Positions 36,201 through 48,110 of a stretch of DNA of 64,000 nt are shown one piece after another. A program made the position numbers and the translations under genes. The DNA is taken from NCBI RefSeq assembly GCF_001194135.2, contig NC_068984.1:14976700-15040699 (forward strand), given 5' to 3'. The notes under the pieces were generated by a model that worked only from the letters and a program-made list of their open reading frames with translations, did no database searches and was not told the origin of the DNA. This DNA comes from Octopus bimaculoides (taxonomy: Eukaryota). Numbering within the stretch: the stretch's first letter is position 1; the number at the start of each line of letters is the position of its first letter.

Positions 36201-39200
36201 AAAGAACAAAATAATAAATATCTTAATTTGTATAACATTCTAGTATTTCTATAGTAAAGCTTTATTGAAAATTCCATTTGATTAGTAAAGCATTGTCAAA
36301 GTTTGTATTTGATCATTTGATGAGTTTTCGAGTCATTAGTTGTTTTCTTGCTTATATCTTCCAGCCCCAGCATAAGGATGTTGTCACCTGCAATTCAGTC
36401 CCCATGGAAAGGGAAAAGGTACATCACAACACAAACGGAGAATATGTGTATGATTTATATTATACAAACCGTTCCGGATTTGATTATCGCTGGCTTGAGA
36501 GCACCTCGTCCATTGAACTGTATGAACAGATTTTGATGGACGACAGATTGTCTGATTCTGATGAATATGTCGAGGAAGATTCAGACAGCAATGATGAAAA
36601 CAACTGGAGAAATGACTATCCTGATGAAGACCCCCACTTCTACGATCCTAATGAAAAAAACAGTGATGATGGTAAGCTGGAAAAACCTCAACTAGCCTAT
36701 TATCATTTTAGCTTTTTAAATCGGCCATATCCAGTCCAAATATTCTACCTGCTTTGTGTTCAAACCAGCCAGATCTGACCTCTCATACCTACTCTACAGT
36801 GTCGTTCTAAAAATAAGCATCATTTTCATCATCCTTTAACATCCATTTTCCATGCTGGCAAGGATTGAATGGTTTGACCAGAGCAGGCAGCCCCGGTGAG
36901 CTGCACCAGGTTCAGGTCTTATTTGGCTTGCTTACTATAGCTGGGTGCTTTTCAAAATCTCAAAGTTTTGAGATAAAGCTTTATTAACTCAAAACTATGT
37001 GAAAAAAATAAGCTTTACATCTGACAGAATAATCTGAATGCTAAGGGGTTAACTTCAGACCAGCCCCAATTGAGGCATTCTAGTCATAACCATCTAGTGG
37101 TCTCTTCTTCTTCCCACCTCCTCCTCATCATCATTTAATGTCTGTTTTCTTTGCTGGTATGGATTGGACTGTTTGACAGGATAAGGCAAATTGCAGGGCT
37201 GCACTGAACTGTAACGTCAGCTTTGGCATGTTTTCTATGGCTGGATGCCCTTCCTAACACCAACCTCCTTACAGTGTATGCTTTTTTGTGCCACCAGCTC
37301 TAGTCAGGTTGTCGAATAACTTGCATGACAAAAAGAACAGAAAAGGATAAAAGCTTCCTGTTGGGAGGTTTTTATCCTTTTCTGACAGATTTTCTATACC
37401 CGGACGCCCTTACTGTTGCCAACATTCACCTGTTTCTAAGCAAGGTAATATTTACCAATGGCCAGACATTTTCTTTGTAAAAAATTGGAAATAAATGATG
37501 TTCATTTGCAACAATTATGTGATGTCAAGATAAGGAGACACAAAGACCCTCACCTTCACATACATATATGAATGCATGCATTGGACTTCTTTCAGTTTCT
37601 GTATACCAAATCCCCACACAAGGTACCATACACTGATACTGAACCTAAAACGATGTGGTTGGAAAGCAAACTCCTTAACCATACAGCCATACCTGTCATC
37701 ATCATCATCGTTTAATGTCTGCTTTCCATACTGGCATGGGTTGGGCGGTTTGACTGAGGACTGGCAAGCCAGGAGGCTGAACCAGGTTCAAGTTCAATCT
37801 GGCAAAGTTTCTACAGCTGGATGCCCTTTCTAATGCCAACCACTCCAAGAGTGTAGTGGGTGCTTTTTACATGCCACTGGGGGCCAGTCAGGCGGCACTG
37901 GCATTGACCACACTTGAATGGTGCTTTTTATGTGGGGGCCAGTCATGCAGCACTGCTATTTACCACGCTCAAATGGTGCCATCGGCACAAGAGCCAGTCA
38001 CACAGCACTGACATCGACCATACTTGAATGGTGCTTTTTACATGCTTCTGTCACAGGTGCCAATCAGGTGGCATTGGCGTCGACCATGCTCGAATGGTGC
38101 TTTTTATGCGCCACCGGCACAGGTGCTAGTCAGGCAGCACTGGCATCGGCCACAACTATGATTTCACTTGACTCAAAAGGTCTTCTCAAGCACAGCATAT
38201 TGGCAACCAGGTATTGTTGTTTAGCCTCAGTCAGTTCAGGTGAAAGGGATACAATGAAAGGCATTCTGGTTATAACTGTCCCATTATTTTGTAATTCAGA
38301 AAATATATTATCAGTTCATCCAGAAGGTGAGTGGCTCATTGGTTAGGATATTCAGCTCACAATCATAAGGTCCTGAGTTCAATACTTGGCTGCATATTGT
38401 ATCCTTGAGTCAGATCCTTTATTTCATATTGTTCCAGTCTGTTCAGCTAGCAAAAATTAGTAGTACATGTATTGTTACATTCTGTGTCATGCTGAAACTC
38501 CCTGAGAACTATGTTAAAGGTATGCATGTCTATGGAGTACTCAGCCACTTGTAAGTTAATTTCGCAAGCAAGCTGTTCCATTGATCAGATCAGCTTGAGC
38601 CCTCGTTGTCATAACCAACAAATTGCCAGTTATCAATTCATCGTTCCTTTTTTAAATAATTTAGTGTGATTTCAGGTAATTCTCTGCCATTTGTAACCGA
38701 TGTAATGACCACAAAAATGCTTCCCCATTTTTATTGTGTTGATAGAATCATCCAGATATGTTTTCATGTATTATTAATTTTGTTCCCTCTGTTTTGTTTT
38801 TTAGATGATGATTATGGTGACTATGAAAACTTTGGTCTTGGTTCTGATGACGAAAAACAAGCGAATATGTTGGCACACAGAATTGAAAGATGTTTTCTGG
38901 GTAAGTTATTAAGTGTTTTAAATTGTTTAGGTTAACACAGCAGTTCTCAATCACCTTTTTTATCTGTCAACCTCATTGGTTTCTATTTTATTTTACTGGA
39001 TTCTCACAGTCATTTGATGCTTAACCCTTTTATTATCGTATTTATTTCGAGATGCTCTGTGTTTCTTTCAATCAATTTTAAATATAACAAAGAATTTAGT
39101 AAAATAACTTAGTTATCGTTAAGCTAGTGTTAGGAACATAAATTGTGACTAAGGTTTGGTGAAAGATTTTAATTCAAAACTTATGGAAACAAGACATTTG

Positions 39201-40081
39201 TACTACAGAACCAGAAGCAGTTTCAGCCGGGTTGGTATCGAAAGGGTTAAATTAATCATTTGTTAACCCTTTTGTTACCATATTTCTTTTGAGATGCTCT
39301 GTGTTTCTTAGTTTTCATTAAGCTAGTGTTAGGAACATAAATTGTGACTAAGGTTTGGTGGAAGATTTTTTTAATTCAGAACTTTTGAAAACAAGACATT
39401 TGTACTACAGAGCCAGAGGTAGTTTTAGCTGGGTTGGTATCAAAAGGGTTAAGAATTNNNNNNNNNNNNNNNNNNNNNNNNNNNNNNNNNNNNNNNNNNN
39501 NNNNNNNNNNNNNNNNNNNNNNNNNNNNNNNNNNNNNNNNNNNNNNNNNNNNNNNNNNNNNNNNNNNNNNNNNNNNNNNNNNNNNNNNNNNNNNNNNNNN
39601 NNNNNNNNNNNNNNNNNNNNNNNNNNNNNNNNNNNNNNNNNNNNNNATAATTAAATATTATTTGGAGATGTATAACAAAATCGTTAAAATGATTTGTGTA
39701 TTGTAGGAATATAAGCAGTATAGATGCGTAGACAGTATTGGTGAGTAACCCTAGTTTTGAAGCTGAATTTTTAGTAAACCATGGGGAACTAAGCTTTGTT
39801 AGAATTACCAGAAATAGTGACCTCTTGCTAAGAACTTGATTTTTTCTTTTATTTGTCTTCAATATTGAGTATTATTCATTGCAGATGATGAAGAGGAAAA
39901 AGAAGAAGAAGAACGGGAATATTACAAGTATCTGGACGGTGGTGGTGGTGGTGGTGGTGGTGGTGGTGGTGAGGATGATGATGATGATGATGCATATTCA
40001 GTGGGTAAAGGACAAAATATCGATGGACGATCCTATGAACAATACAAGAAAGACATGTTAAAAGAAATGAACAACACGTAG
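33107..40081 (+). CDS. SLC7A6OS: SLC7A6OS / Iwr1 homolog (RNA polymerase II nuclear import factor); 5 exons, ~358 aa
   Basis: Exons 33107-33265, 34058-34375, 36365-36671, 38805-38900 and 39885-40081; GT-AG with phases 0,0,1,1. N-terminal IIRVKRR...IVVSCKK; Iwr1 motifs YVYDLYY and DSDSNDENNWRNDYPDED; C-terminal YKKDMLKEM. Confidence 0.93.
33514..33876 (+). mobile_element. SINE family A in SLC7A6OS intron 1
   Basis: Matches 14278-14650. Confidence 0.9.
33930..34045. mobile_element. Partial copy of the 165-bp MITE family
   Basis: Homologous to 43559-43724 and 54288-54440. Confidence 0.75.
34058..34375 (+). CDS. SLC7A6OS: SLC7A6OS exon 2
   Basis: ttttag|ADAISQHIRKAI...LYDIEQDVVPITAN|gtgagt. 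Confidence 0.9.
34540..35135. mobile_element. Two RTE 3'-end copies in opposite orientation
   Basis: 34540-34815 starts with (CAT)n; 34850-35135 ends in a (GAC/GAT)n tail. Confidence 0.75.
36365..36671 (+). CDS. SLC7A6OS: SLC7A6OS exon 3 (Iwr1 domain)
   Basis: ttccag|PQHKD...YVYDLYY...ENNWRNDYPDED...|gtaagc. Confidence 0.95.
37695..38215 (-). mobile_element. RTE 3' end with subrepeats reaching the ORF end
   Basis: Tail, subrepeats and gtgcttgagaagacc (LEKT) at ~38180-38200. Confidence 0.7.
38805..38900 (+). CDS. SLC7A6OS: SLC7A6OS exon 4
   Basis: ttttag|DDDYGDYENFGLGSDDEKQANMLAHRIERCFL|gtaagt. Confidence 0.85.
39021..39452. mobile_element. Two tandem piggyBac-type MITEs (39021-39250, 39263-39452)
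   Basis: Each is bounded by TTAA-cccttt / aaaggg-TTAA; shared internal sequence. Confidence 0.8.
39885..40081 (+). CDS. SLC7A6OS: SLC7A6OS exon 5 (last coding exon)
   Basis: ttgcag|DDEEEKEEEEREYYKYLD-G11-E-D6-AYS...YEQYKKDMLKEMNNT*. Confidence 0.85.
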
Positions 40082-40396
40082 AACAGAATGTTGTTTCTAT
40101 TATTAATGTCAGCAACAAGTTGATATTGAGAAAGGACGAAGTTGTATATTGGTTAACTTTGACTTTCCTTTCTCCTGGGTCAGTAATGTATATATTTAGA
40201 GATTGATGGGGCTGTTGAGCATGGTTTTCACTTCATTAAAAATTATTGTACATCTTTGAGAAAATATTAACGGTCTATCTGGTAAATTCCATTATACAGA
40301 GAATATTATTATCGTTGTTTAGCCTCAGAGCAATCGAGATTAAACAGACCTATGGCCAAAGGCATTACTTTATCAAATGTATTCTTTCTACTGTTA

Positions 40397-42167
40397 GACT
40401 CATTTGCCAACTAAATCTGATATTGGAAGACTAAGTAAGCTTATTCTCGATAACATTATACCTTTTGTTATTCCTAACCTTGCTCTAAAATTATGGATTA
40501 ATACGGATGAAGCACTTAATTGGTTTAGATCTATTGACAATAATAATAATTTTTCCTTCATCCAATTTGATATTAATAATTACTATTCTAGCATTTCCCC
40601 TATACTCCTTAACAAAGCTCTCATCTTTGCCAAAAATAGAACCCTAATTACTAGAGAAAAAATAGATATAATTCTTTTAGCTAGAAGAACCATCATCGAA
40701 TTCGAAGATAAACTATGGACCAGATCAGACACCCCTGATAACTTTGATATCCCAATGGGATCAAGTGATTCGGCTGAAATCACAAATCTGGTTGGGGCAT
40801 ATCTTTTACACTGCCTAAATAGGGAAATTCCTGAACTCCAAGGGGGTCTTTACAGGGATGATGCATTATTTATCATCCCCACCAACAATAAGTCAGCCAT
40901 AGAGAGAATGAGAAAAAATATTAGAAAATTCTTTAAAAGTTTTAACCTTAGCATTACTTTCGAATATGGTACTAAGATTGTTAACTTTCTCAATACCACA
41001 CTAATATTAGCTCTAAATTACACTATTCCTAGCTCAAGCAATATCAATTGCATATCCAGTAATACAACCAGCAATATTGATATAACTAATTTAGATGAAG
41101 TTGTTGTATATTGTCAACTTAACGTAATCAACATAGTAATATATATATAGCTAATAATCCCCTTGATTGCAATTGTAGAATTAAGGCCCGCTGTCCGGTA
41201 TCTGGCCATTGTTTAGCCCGTAACGTGATCTATAAATGTACAGTAACTACTCCAACTAATAATTACAGTTATGTTGGTTGCACAATCAATCTTAAACAGC
41301 GATTATACAATCACTTTTCCTCGTTTAGACTTAAACATAAGGCCAATAGCACATCATTATCTAATACAATTTGGGAATTGAAGGAAAATGGTATTGATTT
41401 TAACCTTAAATGGGAAATCATCAGGAGGGCACAACTCTATAGAAATAGTAGATATGGCTGTGGACTGTGCTCTATGGAAATTTATGAAATTTTTAAACTT
41501 AAGGATAATCCTAATCTAATTAACAATAGATCTGACCTTAGGTTCTATGTGTACAATGTTACTCTCGCACCTTTAAATATTTTAAAAAGTAAATCTTGCT
41601 AATAATATATTATTTTAATCCCTTTTGTTTCCCAGACTATTAACTACTTTATTTAAGTTATAGCTTTAAAGTATAAAAATTTTGGATTACATTTTAACCT
41701 TTCCCAACCTACTGATAATATTCCTACATTTCTCGAACTAATTCTAAGTCTCTTCTACCATATTATCAATTCTGAAACCATAGCTTTAATACTCTTAGTT
41801 TAGTCCTGATTTTCTAACTTTATTCCCCCAGCCCTTTTTTCCTTCTCCTTCTCCCCCCTCCCCCTTTTACTTTGATTTGTTTTAGCCATTGATATCTTCT
41901 CCTTATGGTTTTCTTATAAATAATATCTCTCTTCTCCTACCCCACATAAATGTATATCTTATCCTAATTTTACTATAAATGTTTGTCTTATTCTAATTTA
42001 ACTAATAATGTTCTCTCTGGTTTTAATTTTAGTACTTTAGATTGTTGTATTATTCTAAATATACAAACGAATAGATATATTCTTAGTAATTCTCCAATAT
42101 CTTGACCTAAATTCCCTTACCTTAAGTTTCCTCTAGCCACTCCTTAGGGTATTGTCCTTCCATTTTC

Positions 42168-42203
<36 letters not shown>

Positions 42204-42292
42204 NNNNNNNNNNNNNNNNNNNNNNNNNNNNNNNNNNNNNNNNNNNNNNNNNNNNNNNNNNNNNNNNNNNNNNNNNNNNNNNNNNNNNNNNN

Positions 42293-42331
<39 letters not shown>

Positions 42332-42700
42332 TTTTCCTTTCTTCTTCTCTCTTTTTTCTCTTGCTTGATTCACCTCTAACCTGCTGTCCCTTACTACCTA
42401 ATCTACCTTCCTCTAAATTGAAATTACTGCTATCTTACTCCTCCTTCTAGAAAGAAGAACAAATAGAATATATAGAAATTAGATTCTTGTTTGGTTCACT
42501 AGACTGTTGATTAACAGCCCAGTTAAGATGGTATTTTTCTTCATCTCCTACTCTGGTATTTGCCCACATTTACAAAATGACTTTCTGAAATGAACTTCCA
42601 TTATGCAGCTGAGGAGTACATTTTCATTGCTCATTTTATGTGGTGTTCTCACTACATAAATAAATGAAGTTTGTACGAAACGTACATACTGCTATAACCT
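40397..42700 (+). mobile_element. Penelope-like element: 5'-truncated RT, zinc knuckle, GIY-YIG endonuclease and 3' region with HHR
   Basis: PTKSDIG.LSK.ILD, FIQFDI..YYSSI, DIPMGSSDSAE, GLYRDDAL; CNCRIKARCPVSGHCL at ~41170; IYKC...YVGCT..LKQRLYNHFSSF...LS..IWELKE...WEII...C.LC..E. Confidence 0.92.
42601..42697 (+). ncRNA. Type I minimal hammerhead ribozyme with long stem II (predicted cleavage after 42688)
   Basis: Stem I ttat-gcag / ctgc-t-ataa; CTGAGGA 42609-42615; stem II gtaca/tgtac, ttcatt/aatgaa and an 11-bp hairpin; GAAA 42677-42680; ACGTACAT is one transition from the palindrome ACGTACGT. Confidence 0.75.
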
Positions 42701-43558
42701 AACACATTTTTGTTGCTTTTCTTCAAATTTTGTTCACCAAATCTCCTGATTTTGTTTTTGGTTTTTACCCTACCAAATTCTGGTGCCACAAACATTTTAA
42801 GTACCACATTTAATCTTTTGATTAAATAAATATATATATAATAATGTAACAGAAATTTATCACAATGAAAAGAAAAATATTTAATGCAAGAAAACGTGGC
42901 TCTAACAGCTATCTTTCTGTTTCATTGAAGAGAAATTTTTAAAGACTGGACTTCTTTGGTCTTTCACTAGTTTCAGTTGTTAGACTGCAGCCATGCTAGG
43001 GTACCACCTTGGAAGGAATTTTTAGTTGAATAAATCGACCACAGTACTTATTTTTTAAAGCCTGGCACTTATTCTATCAGCCTGTTTTGCTGAACAGCTA
43101 TCTTAGGGGGATGTAAACACCCCAACAGCGTTGTCAAGTAATTGGAGCGGGGGATAAACACAGGCACAAAGACACACACATGCATGTATGTATTCTATCA
43201 GTTTCCGTCTACTCACAAGGCTTTGGTCAACCCAGGGCAATAGTAGAAGGTACTTGCCCAAGATATCATGCAGTGAGACTGGACTAGGGAGCATGTGGTT
43301 GACAAACAAACTTATCACACAGCCATGCCTGCACCTTGGCATGCAGTGGGCCTGAACTCAGAACCATGTGGACTAAGATTAGTTTTAGAATATACAGTTA
43401 ATAGACAAAAGGATCTTATGAAAAACATTTGGGAACAAGATACAAAAAAACGGTGGGATATAGACAGAATGCAGAATAGAAAAATTGCATTTATCAAATA
43501 AAAGGGAAATTGGAGATTGGAAATAATTTTGAGAAAAGAACGGTTTACGTTTGGTAGT

Positions 43559-43724
43559 TACCGTATTTTAACGTGTATAAGGAACCCATTTTTGTCAAAA
43601 ATTAGATTAAAAAAACATGAGAGTTTCTTAATCATGGATAGTATTATAATCCCTTACAAAACCGTTTTTCCAAATTTTAAGCCCCCAAAATTAGGGGGTT
43701 CCTGATACCCGTTAAAATACGGTA
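43559..43724. mobile_element. 165-bp MITE, complete
   Basis: TIRs taccgtattttaacg / cgttaaaatacggta. Confidence 0.85.
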
Positions 43725-44789
43725 TATGATTTAAATGTATAGTGTAAGGGACATAACTAGTAAATATTTTTGTAAAATGCAAGAACATAATGTATAATGT
43801 GCGAAATTTAATGAAAAACATTACATTGATAAATTAGGTGTAGCATTATATCTAAGTGTGAAGAAAAATGATAAGAGGATTAAGTATTTTACTAATTTCT
43901 AAGTGTTAAATATGGAGAATCATATTATATATGAGATAACATTGTAAATGAGAAAATATGATTAAATTAGTATATCTAATGAAGTGATTACAAAATATTG
44001 ATTACATAAGCATAATGGAACTGGGAAAAAGAAAAACAGTTGATTAATTTAAAGAGTATATTGTATAGCAGAGTCTGTAAGGGCTTGGGAAATTATACTA
44101 GATATTGTGTAACAATATGATGATAAGCCAGAGTTGATAAAATGATTAGGAGATGAAATTAGTTCTTCAGTATATATTTATTGTTACTTTAGAAAGAAAT
44201 GCTAGATGTGATGGTTTGGTAAAGCAAAAAAAAAAGAAAAACTAAGTTCATTCCACAATAACATGTAGTCGGGGCAGGTAAGTGTTTTTCCATGTAGCAG
44301 CGAATGAGAGTGGTCAGCAAATATTTGCATAGATATATTCCCAGACAATCAGGTTGTCAAAACAGAACCAATTGAAATTCTGCACATGGCAAAAATTCTG
44401 TTGATCTTTCAGTTATAATATCAGTTAAAGAAAGTATTTCATTTGCAATCATGCTTTGTCACTCACGACTACCTTTTCGTTCCTATGGTCTGTATTTGTC
44501 GATAGCATCTTGTCTCATAGACTTCTCTCACTGATCATCTATTTTTACTTCAGTTTCATCTGCTATATGTTACCATCATCCATGCGGACACATTTCTGGT
44601 AGCACAAAAGTGGAGATGGAATATGTGCAGTTCTGCTTTTATATAATTACAGCAGCTGAATGGATAGTTAGAAAGAGGAAGGAGGGATCGATCTTACGAA
44701 AATGAAATATAGCCAAAGCTTGACAGGTACAGATTGGGAGCAGGAACATAGACATTAATTATGTGTTATCAGGACCTCATTTTCTCTCA

Positions 44790-44995
44790 GGTGGACAGGT
44801 CTTCTCAAGCATTGTGAGTTACCAATTATCTCGCTCCTTTGTCATCTCATCCATGAGACTCAGCATCCTGAGGTTGGTCTTTAATATTCCATGACACATA
44901 TTCCTGGGTTTCCCTCTTCCAATATTTTCACATTCAGGGATCAGCTCTTTAAACAGCGATCCTCATCCATATGCATCACATGACCATACCAGTGG
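44790..44995 (-). mobile_element. RTE LINE ORF C-terminal fragment
   Basis: HWYGHVMHMDEDRC...GRGKPR...LRMLSL...RDNW...LEKT. Confidence 0.75.
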
Positions 44996-46195
44996 CTTAA
45001 GGGAGAGTGGACAATGACTGGAAGTACAGAGAGAGTGATCAGTGGGAAATATGAGTGAAGAAGGATGTCAGAAATGAGGGATGGATGCAAAGAAATGTGA
45101 ATGAGAGCAATGTTGTCCAACTCCCTGTTTCTCAGAAGCTAAACATGGTGAGACAACCATGGAAGTTAAATAAAATAAACTAACAAGCCCACTAATGGTT
45201 GTGCCCCAGCATGGCCATTGCTTCTGGCTGAAACAAGTCGAAATAAATCAAAAGCAAAACAAAATCATAAAATATTTTTCTGCAATATTTTTATTGATTT
45301 GTAATATTTTCTGTTTACAGTAAATATTTTGGCTGTTTTCTTTCATTTCTTTTGCTTCTAAATCAGTTTGATATATTTTCTTTCTTCCATAAAACATTGT
45401 TGGGTCACTGATATTAAATATCTTACATGAAACAAGCATGTTAGTCTGTATAGAGACAGACTCTGAAATTGTGTATGAGCAGTTTATAGTGTACACGCAT
45501 ATATATATATATATATATATATATAATGTATGAGGNNNNNNNNNNTTAATATCAAATGATATATATATATATAAACAATTACAATTAAACAAAAACATTA
45601 GATTTGATAACTCCTGATGCCAGTCTAGTTTAAAATGCATGAATCATGTCCAATCAGAAGCTATGAAACATTTTTCTTCTAATTTTTACCTGTTTACTTG
45701 CACAAAATCGCATGTGCATACACACACTCACACACTACATCTCACACTGTCCCATCTCTCTTCCCTTTTATATACAAACAAATACAATAATTTCTGACTT
45801 AGGAACACAAAGAAGTTTACAACCTTTATAAGTCTTAGAATGGTTTTCCAATTTCAAGTGGCAACAGTGTTGGTTGGCCAAGAGATGAAAAATGCATGAT
45901 AATGTGATGCAATGGCTGATAGCTTCCCAACAACTTAATTTTTCTCGTGCTTCTCTTTAGAGAGACAGAAACTATGGTTGCTTAGACTTTGTCCGTATAT
46001 ATAGAGTAATTTCTCTCCAATATAAATATGAAGTTCTATAGTTTTGGGATAATTTTAGTGACTTGAACACTGTAGTGGGTATATAGGTGCATATATATAC
46101 GCATGTGTGAGTCTGTACATACATATATATATGTTTGTAGAAAACACAAATCCGGAGAAGAAGCACGCTTTAAGATGTAGAGCAGTATATATTGA

Positions 46196-46374
46196 AAATA
46201 GGGAAGGCTGGTTTATGGGGTTACCTCAGGTTTCCCATCCATAAAGGGTTCAGCTTTATGGTGTGTCGTCAGACCCCTGGCCAACAGATTTTGGGGTCTG
46301 ATGGTACACCATAAAGCTAAACCCTTTATGGACGGGAAACCTAAGGTAACCCCATAAACTGGCCTTCCCCATTT
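46196..46374. repeat. 180-bp palindrome whose arms are hammerhead-like motifs
   Basis: ~80-bp arms and a 15-nt loop; minus-strand motif 46217-46277, plus-strand motif 46293-46353. Confidence 0.85.
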
Positions 46375-46378
46375 CTAG

Positions 46379-46410
<32 letters not shown>

Positions 46411-46785
46411 TATATATGGTGTGCTCCTGTAATCCAGCAACTCAGAGGCTTCGTTGGTCAGTCAGTTTGAGGATGGGAGTCCTGGTAATCAGTCATCTAT
46501 GGTGATAGGGTGTCCACGCATCAATATGGTGTTGGCAAAGGAGTTCATTAGGACCAGGTTGTCTAAGGAGGGTTGCTTCAACCCAGGGCAGAAACGCATC
46601 GGGCAAAAGATCCCGTGTTGGGCAGTAGTGGGAACGAGTCTGTGAACAATCATAGGCTGTCAGCCTGTTCAATATAATGGAACTCAAACCTTTTTATTGT
46701 AAAGGCAGTGCCCCAGCATGGCCACAGATCTGGTTGAAGCCATTAAAAGCATAAAAGAACATACATATATACAGGTAGAGGTGTG

Positions 46786-46930
46786 GCTGTGTGGTAAGAT
46801 GTTTGCTTCCCAACCACATGGTTCCGGATTCAGTCCCACTGTAAGGCACTTTGGGCAAGTGTCTTCTACTATTGCCTTTGGCCTTCTGAGTGGATTTGGT
46901 ACATGGAATCTGAAAGAAACCCATTGTATG
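46786..46930 (+). mobile_element. SINE family B
   Basis: gtggctgtgtggtaag...ggattcagtccc... Confidence 0.8.
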
Positions 46931-46966
<36 letters not shown>

Positions 46967-47317
46967 CATATGATGGAACAAGGAAAAAATAAAAGNNNNN
47001 NNNNNNNNNNNNNNNNNNNNNNNNNNNNNNNNNNNNNNNNNNNNNNNNNNNNNNNNNNNNNNNNNNNNNNNNNNNNNNNNNNNNNNNNNNNNNNNNNNNN
47101 NNNNNNNNNNNNNNNNNNNNNNNNNNNNNNNNNNNNNNNNNNNNNNNNNNNNNNNNNNNNNNNNNNNNNNNNNNNNNNNNNNNNNNNNNNNNNNNNNNNN
47201 NNNNNNNNNNNNNNNNNNNNNNNNNNNNNNNNNNNNNNNNNNNNNNNNNNNNNNNNNNNNNNNNNNNNNNNNNNNNNNNNNNNNNNNNNNNNNNNNNNNN
47301 NNNNNNNNNNNNNNNNT

Positions 47318-47540
47318 ATGGGAATTTCCATTCAAACGCCCAACTGAGCTCTCAAAAACCGATGCCAACTGAGCATTATCGAGTTTTTGAAAAATTCTGG
47401 CCATCTTTGAACTTCAGGGCATGTGGTCTACCTATGTGCCAAAAATCATTAAAATCGGTTGGGTGGTGTTGGAGGAGTTAGAGTAACCCCCAAACACACA
47501 CAGACAGACACCATTGCAAATGTATGTATATAGATATATA
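47318..47540 (+). mobile_element. Possible non-autonomous Helitron/Helentron-type end
   Basis: aaaatcggttgggtggtgttggaggagttag...(CA)/(CAGA)n...tatatagat layout. Confidence 0.35.
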
Positions 47541-47855
47541 TTCACCCATATACATCACTTACAAGTGAACGTAACCCAGTAGCATTGCTTTGGGTGTTTG
47601 TGTAATCACAAATAGGCATAGATGTCCTCCCCACTCCTCCCATCCTCAGACCATAGTAACATCAAAAATATACCAGCTGGTGAGAGAGAGGGGGGGCTAC
47701 ATCGGCTATTGACCAGTATTCATTTTCTGCTGAGTAAATTGGTGCAACATGAAATGAAGAGCCCTGCTGAAGCTCACAATGAGTTGCCCCAACCAGGAAT
47801 TGAACCTATGATCTTATGATTATGTGTGGAACACCTTAACTACTAGGCCACACAT

Positions 47856-48110
47856 CTTGTGTGTGGTCTGTATTGGAGTATATATGTGTACTTTGTAGAT
47901 ATATAAATATAAATGTGTGTATGGTTATTGTTGGGGTATATATGTGTACTTTATAAATATATAAATATAAATGTGTGTGCGTGTGTGTGTGGTCTGTGTT
48001 GGGGTATATATGTGTAATTTGTAAATATATAAATATGTGTGTGGTCTGTGTTGGGGTATATATGTGTACTTTAAAATATACAACTATAAATGTGTGTGTG
48101 TCTGTACATG
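47856..48110. repeat. ~55-65-bp minisatellite (4 units)
   Basis: gtggtctgtgttggggtatatatgtgtactttataaatatataaat repeated. Confidence 0.85.
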
